A stretch of 64,000 nucleotides of DNA from the human T2T-CHM13v2.0 reference genome, Homo sapiens. Positions 26,119 through 41,200 of this stretch are shown one piece after another. The notes below the pieces were generated by a model. That model saw only the letters and a list, made by a program, of their open reading frames with translations. It was not told where the DNA came from and made no database searches. Each line of letters begins with the position of its first letter. Positions within the stretch are counted from its first letter, which is position 1. The position numbers and the translations under genes are program-made. The stretch lies in NCBI RefSeq assembly GCF_009914755.1, contig NC_060932.1, one strand, 5' to 3'.

Positions 26119-29100
26119 AGGATGAAAAACTGAAACCATTTTTTTCTGACAACAACTTCTCCATACAAATTATTAGGGGATAGTTTGCTCTTACCAGTCT
26201 GATTTCAGCCCCACTTTCTGTATTGCACTTTCCATCTCCTTTCTCTGGTATTGAATTCATTGGGTTACCTTGACTCAAGATAGAGAAGCACATTAGCTCT
26301 TGGATTGCTTAGTGTTGCTACAGAGTGATGGTGTTCTCATGACTCCAGAAGAACAAAAGAATTTATTATTTTCTTATTAGAACAAAGCTTTAAAATAAGT
26401 AATGTTATGTTTTCATCTATGTTAAATGTAAATATTAATGTGCTGTACAGTTGCACTTCTGAGTTACAGATCAACAGATTTTATATTTAGAAATTTCCCA
26501 CCTGTGTTCATTTGCTGTTCCTTAAATAGGAACATTTTTTAAAAAAATTGCTAAACCACAAGGCATGGAGGCAGTAGTATACAGACAGCAGCTGAGTAAT
26601 TATCAAGGCAAAATAGCTCCTTTCACGTGGACTGTCTTTCTGGATTTGAGAAAAGAATGAGACATCAATGAGAGGCCAATCTAAAAAAGTACCATAACAA
26701 ATGCTATGCATCCATTCTTAATCATTTGCATTGGTAATAACCAGAATTAAAGGAAATTTCATGAATAAAATTGCTTCTCCTCATGAAGATTTTAAATTAT
26801 GTTGGAAAATTACCTTTGATATGTTTAAAATATGAGTGACATTTTGCATAAATTCTACGTGCAACATTGCTAGCTTACGCCAGTCCCTTGTTACAAACAA
26901 GGTCAAAAGGATATTTAAAAATCATAACTGAATGTTGACAAAATGACGATTTTTCCTCTAATGTGAATTGAGGATAATTCTCTAATTCTTTGAATTTTTA
27001 CAGGAGATGTTGTGTTCTTAACTAACAAAAAAATCACAGAGTCACTGATAATGCAGAGGTTATAGGGAAACTGCATTTTGTCTTATCTCTTCATTTTGAG
27101 GAATGGGAATCTGAGGTTAGTGGCTCAAGCCAGGGTATCCCAGGTAGACCAGTAGACCCAAATCGCAGCAAGCAGAAATTAGTCCCAAACAATTTCCCCT
27201 GAAGCTGTAGCCCATGAATGCTTAAGAGAGAACCTATGTGCATTTCCCTTCTCAATTCTATTGCCTCTGCCCTCATTGACGTTATCTGTTGTTGGATATA
27301 GTTTACATTCAGTCCTTTATATTATGTTGTACCCTGCCAAGCTCATGATAAAAATTGTGTTGGTTTATTAGCAAAAATTACAAGTTTATCTTCATTCTTT
27401 CTAAAAAGACAGCTGAACTCTAATTAAATACCAACATGTTCTTTAAGGAAAACCACTTTTCTGATGTAATAGGGAAATGAAAATAGGGACTCAATAAATG
27501 TTTGAGATAAGAAATGAATCTATCAGTTTTTTAAGTTTTTTTTTGTTGTTATTGTTCTTGTTTTCTGAAAGAGAATTAAATTGTCTGCCTACAGTTCTCT
27601 GCTAAAATTCATCCTCCAGAGAATGTCCAGCTGTCTTTTCAAAATATGTGTCTGGTTATGCCATTGCTCTCTGTAAACACCTTCCTCCTTTTCAATGGAT
27701 AGACTCTGAAGTCCTCAGGATGCCATCACTAAGCACTGCTGTAATTGGGCTCCAATATTCTATATAGCAGCATAAGATAGAGGTCAGAGTACAGAATCAA
27801 AATGAATATGTAGACAATCAAGGACAGATTAACATTAAGTAGAGACAGCTACTGATGTGCAATTAGATTTCATTTATTTCTTGGTCACTTTTTTTAATAA
27901 AAGGCTAATTCAAGTGTTTCCCTTCAGTGTATTCATAACGTGACCTCAGACTGTAGTTCAACTAGTATTGGGATTTGTGTTAAAATACACAATATATACT
28001 TTGCAAACTGCTATGGACTACTGTTTTATTTCCTAAGTATGTCTGAACTCTTTAGCTGTGTATAAATGTCAGAATTAGTTGGTTCCTTCTAAAATTATTG
28101 TGGAAAATACAACAAGGAAAAAAACAAAAAGAAACAAAACCAAAACTAGGGTTAAAACAGAAATATGAGCTTGAAGCTGTATCTTGATCTGGGAAAGACT
28201 TAGTATACATTTAAAAAATATATTCTCACAAGGAAGAATTGAACATTTTAAAATTAGTTCATATTTGTATTTTTTCATTGATATTTAGTTTTCCTGATGG
28301 TGTGAAATCTGGTTGACTTTTTATTGGATTTCCTACATGATTCTATATAGCTGAGATAGACACTATTTTATCTTTAATCATTATTTCTTTCAGTTTTATA
28401 GTTGGATACTATCATATGAAGAGTAATTTTCGTCTGTTGACCCTGTGGGTTGACTTTCTCAGATTGCTCTGAATCTAATGGAAGATAATAAATATTCTTT
28501 TACTTTTCTTTCATGGGGGTGCCTGGCTCCATCCTTCCATAGATCAAGATATCAGACTCGCTGAACTCTATTTCTAATGTTTTCAGAGCCAAAGGTGCTA
28601 AAAAAATACACAGATGTATAGATAATTGAGAAGATAGCCAAACCCTCTGAACTTAGCTGTGGAAAAATGCCTATAAGTTGTTAGACACTCCAGAGAGCAT
28701 TTCCATTGGGGCCTATGACCTCAATGAAGAGCTCCACTAACTACCTCCATTGTATTTCCACTATCATAACATTATACACTTATTATGGGAAATGTTCTCT
28801 CTTTTACCTACAGACATGTATTACTCCAGAACCATGAGAAATACATCTGATAAAATATTTAATACAGTAAAAAAACAGAGGTTTAAGTTCTCTAATTTCT
28901 CCTAAGATAGACATTGAATCTATCTCTACGAAATGACAGAAAAAAAACTCTGCCATGTTATATCATATTCCCTAAAACAAGGTCAGTTGAATAAGTCATT
29001 GGGATCATAAAAAATCTAAAACTACATAGGTGTGTACTAGCCTGCTAGGTCTGCCATAATAAAATACCACAGACTGGGAGGCTTAAACAACAAAAATTTA

Positions 29101-29604
29101 TTTCCCATTCTTAGGGTAATTCCTCTGCATTTCTAATCCAATATCAATTATAGGGCTTTGGGGATGATAAATAATTAAAATAATTACAGAAAATAAGAGT
29201 TTATTTCCAGTATTTTTATCGAGAAGCCGTGTGCTGAGAAAACAAAATGAGAAAACATGTGGTGCTGCTTCATTTGTAAAACAAATAAAAATTTATTTTC
29301 ATTCATTCTTCAGACATCTAAATTTTCAACACAAATGACAAAACTCTTGTCCCATCAGAAAAACAAGTGTAGATTTTTAATGATTTTTTATGAGAAGTTA
29401 GAAAATATAGCATATGCACATTGATCATGCATTCGTTTTCAAAGTTATTTCATTTTAGCATAAGCAATTATCAATAATGACAATTATGTAAATGACTTTC
29501 AGGTAATATAATTTTATGTTATATATCATCCCAAGAAACTATTCAAATTTGAATAGCAAAGATAACCTGAAATGAATGAATGAAAGTCTGTCTTTTTTTA
29601 ATTT

Positions 29605-29682
29605 AGTAGTTATTTAATAAATTTTGTGTGACATAGGAGCCTTCATAAGGAAACGAAGACCCAAAGAAATACATAAAACTGT
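29605..29682 (-). mobile_element. MER34-like LTR fragment truncated at the L1
   Basis: ttatttaataaattttgtgtgacataggagccttcataaggaaacgaagacccaaagaa; resembles ~5700-5745 of the MER34/39 copy in this window. Confidence 0.55.
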
Positions 29683-32035
29683 TTCTTTTATTATAATTAT
29701 ACTTTAAGTTCAGGGATACATGTGCAGAACGTGCAGGTTTGTTACATAGGTATACACAAGCCATGGTGGTTTGCTGCACCCATCAACCCGTCATCTACAT
29801 TAGGCAATTCTCCTAGTGCTATCCCTCCCCTAGCCCCCTGCCCCCTGACAGGCCCCAGTGCATGATGTTCCCCTCCCTGTGTCCATGTGTTCTCATTGTT
29901 CAACTCCCATTTATGAGTGAGAATATACAGTGTTTGGGTTTCTGTTCCTATGTTAGTTTGCTGAGAATGATGGTTTCCAGCTTAATCCATGTTCCTTCAA
30001 AGGACATGAACTCATCCTTTTTTATGGCTGCATAGTATTCCATGGTGTATATGTGCCACATTTTCTTTATCCAGTCTATCATTGATAGGCATTTGGGTTG
30101 GCTCCAAGTCTTTGCAATTATGAATAGTGCCTCAATAAATATACGTGTGCATGTGTCTTTATAGCAACATGGTTCATAATCCTTTGGGTATATACCCAGT
30201 AATGGGATGGCTGGGTCAAATGGTATTTCCCGTTCTAGACCCTTGAGGAATCGCCACACTGTCTTGCACGATAGTTGAACTAGTTTGCAGTCCCACCAAC
30301 AGTGTAAAAGTGTTCCTATTTCTCCACATCCTCTCCAGCACCTGTTGTTTCCTGACTTTTTAATGATCGCCATTTTAACTGGTATGAGATGGTATCTCAT
30401 TGTGGTTTTGATTTGCATTTCTCTGATGGCCAGTGATGATGAGCATTTTTCCACATGTCTGTTGGCTGCATAAAAGTCTTCTTTTGAGAAATGTCTGTTC
30501 ATATACTTCACCCACTTTTTGACGGGTTGTTTGTTTTTTTCTTATAAATTTGTTTAAGTTCTTTGTAGATTCTGGATATTAGCCCTTTGTCAGATGGATA
30601 GGTTGCAAAATATTTTTCCCATTCTGTGGGTTGCCTGTTCATTCTGATGATAGTTTCTTTTGCTGTGCAGAAGCTCTTTAGTTTGATTAGATCCCATTTG
30701 TCAATTTTTGCTTTTGTTGCCATTGCTTTTGGTCTTTTAGTCATGAAGTCTTTGCCCATGCCTCTTGTCCTGAATGGTATTGCCTAGGTTTTCTTCTAGG
30801 TTTTTTATGGTTTTAGGTCTCATGTTTAAGTCTTTAATCCATCTTGAGTTAATTTTTATATGAGGTTTAAGGAAGGGGTCCAGTTTCAGTTTTCTGCATA
30901 TGGCTAGCCAGTTTTCCCAACACCATTTATTAAATAGGGAATCCTTTCCCTATATCTTGTTTTTGTCAGGTTTGTCAAAGATCAGATGGTTGTAGATGTG
31001 TGGCATTATTTCTGAGGACTCTGTTCTGTTCCATTGTTCTATATATTTGTTTTGGTACCAGTACCATGCTGTTTTGGTTACTGTAGCCTTGTAGTATAGT
31101 TTGAAGTCAGGTAGCATGATGCCTCCAGCTTTGTTGCTTTTAGTTAGGGTTGTCTTGGCAATGCAGGCTCTTTTTTGGTTCCATATGAAATGTAAAGTAC
31201 TTTTTTCTAATTCTGTGAAGAAAGTCAATGGTAGCTTGATGGAGATAGCATTGAATCTATAAATTACTTTGGGCAGCATGGCCATTTGCACAATATTGAT
31301 TCTTCCTATCCATGAGCATGGAATGTTTTTCCATTTGTTTGTGTCCTCTCCTATTTCCTTGAGCAGTGGTTTGTAGTTCTCCTTGAAGAGGTCCTTCACA
31401 TCCCTTGTAAGTGGTATTTCTAGGCATTTTATTCTCTTTGTAGCAATTGTGAATGGGAGTTCATTCATGATTTGGCTGTCTATCTATTATTGGTGTATAG
31501 GAATGCTTGTGATTTTTGCATGTTGATTTTGTATCCTGAGACTTTGCTGAAGTTGCTTACCAGCTTAAGGAAATTTTGGGCTGAGATGATGGAGTTTTTT
31601 AAATATACAGTCATGTCATCTGCAAACAAGGACAATTTGACTTCCTCTCTTCCTACTCGAATACCCTTTATTTCTTTCTTTTTCCTGATTGCCATGGCCA
31701 GAACTTCCAATACTGTGTTGAATAGGAGTGGTGAGAGAAGGCATCCTCGTCTTGTGCCAGGTTTCAAAGGGAATGCCTCCAGCTTTTGCCCATTCAGTAT
31801 GATATTGGCTTTGGGGTTGTCATAAATAGCTCTTATTATTTTGAGATACGTCCCATCAACACCTAGTTTATTGAGAGATTTTAGCATGAAGCACTGTTGA
31901 ATTTTGTTGAAGGACTTTTCTGCATCTATTGAGATAATCATGTGGCTTGTCATTGGTTCTGTTTATGTAATGGATTACATTTACTGCTTTGCATATGTTG
32001 AACTGGCCTTACATGCCAGAGATGAAGCCGACTTA

Positions 32036-32188
<153 letters not shown>

Positions 32189-32533
32189 TCACAAAATGAG
32201 TTAGAGAGGAGTCCCTCTTTTTCTATTGTGTGGAATAGTTTCAGAAGGAGTGGTACCAGCTCCTCTTTGTACCTCTGGTAAAATTCAACTGTGAATCTGT
32301 TTGGTCCTGGGCTTTTGTTGGTTGGTAGGCTATTAATTACTACCTCAATTTCAGAGCTTGTTATTGGTCTATTCAGGGATTCAGCTTCTTCCTGGTTTAG
32401 TCTTGGGAGGGTGTATGTGTCCAGGAATTTATCTATTTCTTCTAGATTTTCTAGTTTATTTGTGTAGAGGTGTTTATAGTATTCTCTGATGGTAGTTTGT
32501 ATGCCACAGAAATCTGTGGCATCAGATATGTGA

Positions 32534-33199
<666 letters not shown>

Positions 33200-33464
33200 T
33201 GATTCTTCTCTCTTTTCTTCTTTATTAGTCTAACTAGCAGTCTATTTTCTTAATCTTTTCAAAAAAAAAAAAACAGCTTCTGGATTCATTAATTTTTTGA
33301 AGGGTTTTTCGTGGCTCTGTCTCCTTCAGTTCTGCTCTGATCTTAGTTATTTATTTTCTTCTGCTAGCTTTTGAATTTGTTTGTTCTTGCTTCTCTCGTT
33401 CTTTTAATTGTGATGTTAGTATGTCGATTTTAGATCTTTCCCGCTTTCTCCTTTGGGCATTTAG

Positions 33465-33953
<489 letters not shown>

Positions 33954-36900
33954 TTAAATGAGTTTCTTAGTCCTGTGTTCTAATTTGATTGCAATGTGAT
34001 CTAAGAGACTGTTTGTTATGACTTCCATTCTTTTGCATTTGCTTAGGAGTGTTTTACTTCCACTTATGTGGTCAATTTTAGAATATGTGCAATGTGATGT
34101 TGAGAAGAATGTATATTCTGTTGATTTGGGGTAGAGACAGTTCTGTAGATGTCTATTAGGTCTGCTTGGTCCAGAGCTGAGTTCAGGTCCTGAATATCCT
34201 TGTTAATTTTCTGTCTCATTGATATATCTAATATTGACAGTGGGATGTTAAAGTCTCCCACTATTACTATGTTGGAGTCTAAGTCTCTTTGTAGGTCTCT
34301 AAGAACTTCTTTATGAATCTGGGTGTTCCTCTATTGGATGTATATATATTTAGGATAGTTAGCTCTTCTTGTTGCATTGATCCCTTTTGTCTTTTTTGAT
34401 CTTTGTTGATTTAAAGTCTGTTTTATCAGAGACTACAATTGCAATTCCTGCTTTTTTTTGCTTTCCATTTACTTGATAAATACTCCTCCATCCCTTTATT
34501 TTGAGCCTATGTTGTGTCTTTGCACGTGAGATGCGTCTCCTGAATACAGCACACTGATGGGTTTTGACTGTTTATCCAATTTGCCAGTCTGTGTCTTTTC
34601 ATTGGGACATTTAACCCATTTACATTTAAGGTTAATATTGTTATGTGTGAATTTGATCCTGTCATTATGATGCTAGCTGGTTATTTTGCTCGTTATTTGA
34701 TGCCATTTCTTCATAATGTCGATGGTCTTTACAATTTGGTATGTTTTTGCAGTGGCTCGTACTGGTTGTTCCTTTCCATGTTTAGTGCTTCCTTCAGGAG
34801 CTCTTTTAGGGCAGGCCTGGTGGTGACAAAATCTCTCAGCATTTGCTTGTCTGTAAAGTATTTCATTTCTCCTTCACTTATGAAGCTTAGTTTGGCTGGA
34901 TATGAAATTCTGGGTTGAAAATTCTTTTCTTTAAGAATGTTGAATATTGGCCCCCACTCTCTTCTGGCTTGTAGAGTTTCTGCTGAGAGATCCACTGTTA
35001 GTCTGATGGGCTTCCCTTTTTAGGTAACCGATCTTTCTCTTTGGCTGCCCTTAACAGTTTTTCCTTCATTTCAACCTTGCTGAATCTGACGATTATGTGT
35101 CTTGGGGTTTCTCTTCTCAAGGAGTATCTTTGTGGTCATCTCTGTATTTCCTGAATTTGAATGTTGACCTGTCTTGCTAGATTGGGGAAGTTCTCCTGGA
35201 TAATATCCTGAAGATATTTTCCATCTTGGTTCCATTCTCCCCATTACTTTCAGGTACACCAATCAAATGTAAGTTTGGTCTTTTCACATAGTACCATATT
35301 TCTTGGAGGCTTTGTTCATTCCTTTTCATTCTTTTTTCTCTAATCTTGTCTTCACACTTTATTTCATTAAGTTGATCTTCAATCTCTGATATCCTTTCTT
35401 CAGCTTGATTGATTCGGCTATTGATACTTGTGTATGCTTCATGAAGTTCTCATGCTGTGTTTTTCAGCTCCATCAGGTCATTTATGTTCTTCTCTAAACT
35501 GTTTATTCTAGTTAGCAATTCTTCTAACCTTTTTTCAAGGTTCTTAGCTTCCTTGCATTGGTTTAGAACATGCTCCTTTAGCTTGGAGGAGTTTGTTATT
35601 ACCCATCTTCTGAAGCCTCCTTTTGTCAGTTTGTCAAACTCATTTTCCATCCAGTTTTGTTCCCTTGCTGGCAAGGAGTTGTAATACTTTGGAGGAGAAG
35701 AGGCAGTCTGGTTTTTGGAATTCTCAGCCTTGTTGCACTGGTTTTTCCTCATCTTCATGGATTTATCTACTTTTGGTCTTTGATGTTGGTGACCTTCAGA
35801 TGGGATTTTTGTGTGGATGTCCTTTTTGTTGATGTTGATGCTATTCCTTTCTATTTGTTAGTTTTCCTTCTAACAGTCAGGATTCTCTTCTGCAGGTCTG
35901 CTGGAGTTTGCTGGAGGTCCACTCCAGACCCTATTAGGCTGCAGAACAACAAAGATTGCTGCCTCTTCCTTCCTCTGGAATCTTCATCCCAGAGGGGCAC
36001 CCGCCAGATGCCAGCCAGAGGTCTCCTGTATGAGGTGTCTGTTGACCCCTGCTGGGAGTTGTCCCCCAGTCAGGAGGCATGGGGGTCAGGGACCCACTTG
36101 AGGAGGCAGTCTGTCCCTTATCAGAGCTCAAGTGCTGTGCTGGAAAATCTGCTGTTCTCTTCAGAGCTGGCAGGCAGGAATGTTTAAGTCAGCTGAAGCT
36201 ATGCTCACAGCCGCCCCTTCCCCCAGGTGCTCTGTACCAGGCAGATGGGAGTTTTATCTATAAGCCCCTGACTAGAGCTGCTGCCTCTCTTTCAGAGATG
36301 CCCTGCCCAGAGAGAAGGAATCTAGAGAGGCAGTCTGGCTACAGCAGCTTTGCCAAGCTGCGGTGTGCTCTACCCAGTTCAATCTTCCCAGCAGCTTTGT
36401 TTACACTGTGTGGGGAAAACCGCCTACTCAAGCCTCAGTAATGGAGGATTCCCCTCCCCACACCAAGCTCTAGCATCCCAGGTCGACTTCAGACTGCTGC
36501 ACTGACAGCGAGAATTTCAAGCCAGTGGATCTTAGCTTGCTGGGTTTGGTGGGAGTGCGATCCGCTGAGCTAGACCACTTGGCTCCCTGGCTTCAGTCCC
36601 CTTTCCAGGGAGTGAATGGTTCTGTCTCACTGGCATTCCAGGCACCACTGGGGTATGAAAAAAAACCTCCTGCAGCTAGGTTGTTGTCTGCCCAAACAGC
36701 CTCCCAGTTTTGTGTTTGAAACTGAGGGCCCTGGTGGTGTAGGCACCCGAGGGAATCTCCTGGTCTGAGGGTTGTGACGACCCTGGGAAAAGCGTAGTAT
36801 CTGGGCCAGAATGCAATGTCCCTCACGGCACAGTCCCTCAAGGCTTCCCTTGGCTAGGGGAGGGAGTTTCCTGACCCCTTGGACTTCCCAGGTGAGGTGA

Positions 36901-38159
36901 TGCCCCACCCTGCTTTGGCTCGCCTTCCCTGGGCTGCACCCACTGTCTAACCAGTCTCAATGAGAAGAGCTGGGTACCTCAGTTGGAAATGCAGAAATCA
37001 CCTGCCTTCTGGGTTGATCTCGCTGGGAGCTGCAGACCAGAGCTGTTCCTATTCGGCCATCTTCTCAGGTCTCAAAACGTCAGCCTTTTAAAGTGCTGTA
37101 GAAATTAATTATAATCAATTGACTGAAATTGCCAAGTTTTTCTCAAGTTGGAAGTGACTTCAGCATAGAAAAAGGGACTTCATAGTTTAGTTGAATCTGG
37201 ATAAATTAGAAATGACAGGCTTTTAATTTGTATTATTTAATTCATAACTTCAAAATTTTACAAAGGAACAAAATGAAAATTACATTTTCCACATAGTAAA
37301 ATGAGTGTCACTTTTAATTTAGTTTGTTTGCCATGGAAATATTCCTGTTACTGCAAGAATCATTTGTTCAATTTAAAGCAAAATTGTGGAGTATATATGG
37401 GCTACCTACAAGTGGTTGAACATAGTCTTTTTAGAATTTTATGTACTATCAATTAAACATTTTTACTTGTCTAAGAAATAAATGTGAACAGTATATTTTT
37501 TCATTTTCAAAGTTTCCTAATGGTCTGAACAAGGAGGTGGAATTTGGAGGCATTTAGGGTAGAAAATTTGTTGAGAATTGATATTGAAATCTCTCATTTC
37601 CTGCTCTTCTTTAGTAACATCAGCAAACTTCGTTAAAAATCACTTCTTTTTGCCTGATTTTCCCTGTGTGCCTTAATGATAGTATATCTGGAATGAATCC
37701 TTACCTTGAACTGTGTATAGTTTTTTTCATAGACTTTTCTCTCACATTTGTGTCTTCAATTCTTCTTTGCCTAGATGCCTTACTCAGCTCCCACTTCCAT
37801 CTGAAAACCCCTCCTGGCCTTCTTACTCTTCTCTGTTCTCCAGGCCCCTGGTGTCCCACCCAGTCCTGTGCCATCTGTCCTCTTGCACAGTCCAGTACTC
37901 AGAACACCTCCTTCTTGCCCTCCTTCATCAAATCCACTTCGCACTCCACTTCATGCAGTTTGGTTCCCCCACCGTTTATACCACATTGCCATGTACAGTT
38001 TATTAAACATCAATCAAGCTAAAGGATAAACAATAAACCTAGTTATGTTATTTGATTTCAACATTACACTTGTGTTTATGGCCCATTTGCTTAGAACTTA
38101 GTGTAGAGGGGACATTCTCCTGGACATTATCTGACACCAAATAATTCAGTCCATAGTAC

Positions 38160-38600
38160 TATTAAAGAACAACATTTTAGCAAACTGAGTTTTAAACATC
38201 AAATTGGCTTTTATTAATGATTCATGAATCAAGTGACATTCCATCTATGAAATAGAAAGGTGCCCTACTGAGCTGAGCAGATGTGTGGGCTTTATAATGG
38301 AAAAGACTGAAGAAAGCAGAAAGAAGAAACAAAAAGTGGACTGGTGATTTCAAAGCTACTTTCCTTGCATACGTTAAACTAGAGGAGACTTCCTTATCAT
38401 GTGAGCTTAGGTTGACTGGGCCCCTTTCAATTGGTTACTGTGAATCTCCTTTTTTTTTTGAACAAGTGACCTATTTTTACATTCAGTTTGACAATGTGGC
38501 ATCTGGCATGAGTGACTCCATTCTGGTTTGATCTGGTCTGTTGGGGCCTAGTGCAGGAGCTTAATCCAAAACAATGACCTCCCACATATTTTACTGAACA
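38160..38600 (-). mobile_element. ERV1 3' LTR (MER67-like)
   Basis: Minus strand: gggaggtcattgttttggattaagctcctgcactaggccccaacagaccagatcaaaccagaatggagtcactcatgc; adjacent PPT aaaaggggaaagc (38601-38613, minus). Confidence 0.8.
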
Positions 38601-41200
38601 GCTTTCCCCTTTTGATCAGACTCAACCTGTACTGAGGGATTTGATAAAAATTTATGGCATCAGCACTACTGTCAGTCATCATCATGGCAGGGTTGTCTTT
38701 GTCTTAGCATGAAACTCATAAGTCACAATGTCAGCCTTGTGGAAGACACATTCCTTTGGTCATCTTGCAGTTGTTGCAGTAATCACAGTGAGGCCACCTA
38801 GTATACCACTAATCGCTGCAAATACACCTTCAAAACCCTTGAGAGAATGCAGCTGGGAGATTACAATGGGAACTATCAGGAGGATATACCAAGGGATTAG
38901 AGTATGCTTCTTAACAAATGCCCTCATGAACCAAACCAGAAAAAATAAACAAAACAAAAAAAAGCTATTAACAAAGGTTAATGGCTTAGGACAAATTATA
39001 AACTCAGTCTCTGAGTTCAGAGGGCAGTTAGTTGACAAGATTTCTGGATTTGAGCTTGAAACATTTTCTTGGTTTAGTTTGAATGTCTCTGGTTATGGCA
39101 TTGGATGTTTTGGTAAACTCCCTTAGTGGCCCACACATCAGGCATGGGGGTTGTCTCCTGAAATTTACATCGAGTTGTCCAGTTCCAGCTTGTAGGGCTT
39201 CAGGAATATAGGAGTTTTTGTCCTTAGTGATTCCAAGTTAGAAATCTAGGAGAAAATTGGCAACATGAGTTTGGAGAGACACAGACAGATATTGGAGGAA
39301 ATTAGAAGATACAGGATCTAGTTCTGTCTACAGCTAGATAATAGAAACCTCAAAAACAATGAACAGGGCTCTATTCTAATAACAGATGTATTTTAATTTT
39401 CTTCTGAAACATTTTTTTTCTCTCTACAGCTGTTCCCATTTCTATCAAATATAATCACAGTAAGACTAAATCATTTGTGAAGTAAGTCTAGTCTCATTAA
39501 ACTTGGCCTAATTTTTTGTATAAGTGTAACAAGAATAGTGATTGTCACAGAGACTCTTTAAGTCTTCTGGAACTTTCGATGAGGTATCTCAGATTAGACT
39601 TTTAAAAGCCTCTTGAGACCAGGAAGCCATGCCAAGGACTCATCATCAGATTTTGCCTGCAATATCTATAAATGTAGGTGAACTCCTCTCTTTTCGAGAT
39701 CCCCCAAATATTTTTAAGTTTCCTGGACATAATTTTCATAAGGCTCAAAAACCCTTGAAGGCAGGTATTCTACACACATTCTCAAATATGACATTCCAGT
39801 CTAAACGTTGGTAATATAATCAATGTTATGGTGTTCTAATGTGTTCAATGTTCTATTGTGCCCTTTTATAAAGAGAATAGATTCTTTTTGAACTTATGCA
39901 AATAACTATATTACCATGAAAATAAGAATACTTGCTAATAGTTTCTGAATTCTGGAGGGAATCAGGTAGAGAGAGGAAAAAGTAATTGTTTTAATTCTGT
40001 TTACAAAGGTATAATTTGCCAAATTGCTATAAGCTATAGATAGCTTATGAGAAAAAAAAAGTTTCCCTTAAATCTGGAAAATGAAACATTAAAGGACCAA
40101 CAAAATTTCAAATAAAAAGGCCATCCTAACCCGTAATTCTTCTTCGTCAGTTTATTCAGTCTCATGTAACTAATTCTTACTCTGCTTGATCTTGATTAAC
40201 TGTTCCATGAGCCTATCAGTTTCTTCATCAGAATTCTGGAACTTCTTACTCAGTCTAATTATGTAATCTTAAACTTATCAAAAAGCTGTACTTGTCAGAG
40301 TCCTTTTCATGAATCTCATTAAAGATGAAACACTTTAGGATGATAGTTGCTTACAAAAGCTTTCAGGAAAGTACTAAAGTAAAACAATTAACTCTCTGTG
40401 GATGACAAGATTTAAAATGGCCATGGTCAAAAATCTGATGAGAGTTCATTATAATAATGATGTAATTGACAAGGAAATTTGGTTATTTCTGTGGCATACA
40501 GCATTTTAACACAATAGAAAATTACAACTGATAATATTATACCACGACATTTCAGGTGTCTAGGATTATTATATAATCTCTGGAATATTCATGTCACTAA
40601 CATTCCCATAGATATAACTTAAAGAAGGTTTAGCATTACTTGTTTGGCACTGCTTCCCATATAATTTAACATATTAAATAAACCTAATTAGTTTAATATT
40701 CCTTACTTGCAAGGTCAGAGACAAGTCCTTTGTGATTTTTAAGGAGCCCTCTAGAATATCTCAAAGTAAGTTAGAGATCAAAAATACTTAATTTAGAATT
40801 TGATTTTGGGAAGTTTGTCAGAAATATTAAAGGTTTAAGACACTTGATCAAATAGAATCATAGGTCATTATGAAGCAATATTCATTTATCCAGAGTGATA
40901 ATTTAAAGACTTCAAAAGCAAATGCACAAAGTTATAAAGTTGAAAAAATTTATCTGTTTTAATAAAGAGGATGCAATTTTCTTAAGTAATCAAATATTTG
41001 ATAAAAGAAAACATGAAATACAAGAACTTATTTTATAAGATAAAAAAACTTTTTACAAGCCAGATCATTCAAAGAGTTATTAAAAAAAACTTTTAAATAA
41101 TATCAGTGCTCCAAGAAAACTTTATCCTTTTAACAGACAGAAAACCAGCTTTGAGGTTTGTGCCAATGTATTTTTGATATTAAGGCTCATTTTAAAAACC
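38601..41200 (-). mobile_element. Degenerate MER4-group ERV internal sequence; no 5' LTR seen
   Basis: Follows the PPT; MER4-int-like motifs (atctcagattagactttt, aaggaaatttggttatttctgtggcataca, tttgattttgggaagtttgtca). Right boundary approximate. Confidence 0.75.

Noticed and set aside
26400-26900. Octamer-like (atttgcat) and E-box motifs in AT-rich unique DNA
   Set aside because: Short motifs expected by chance at this AT content; no composite SOX-OCT arrangement.
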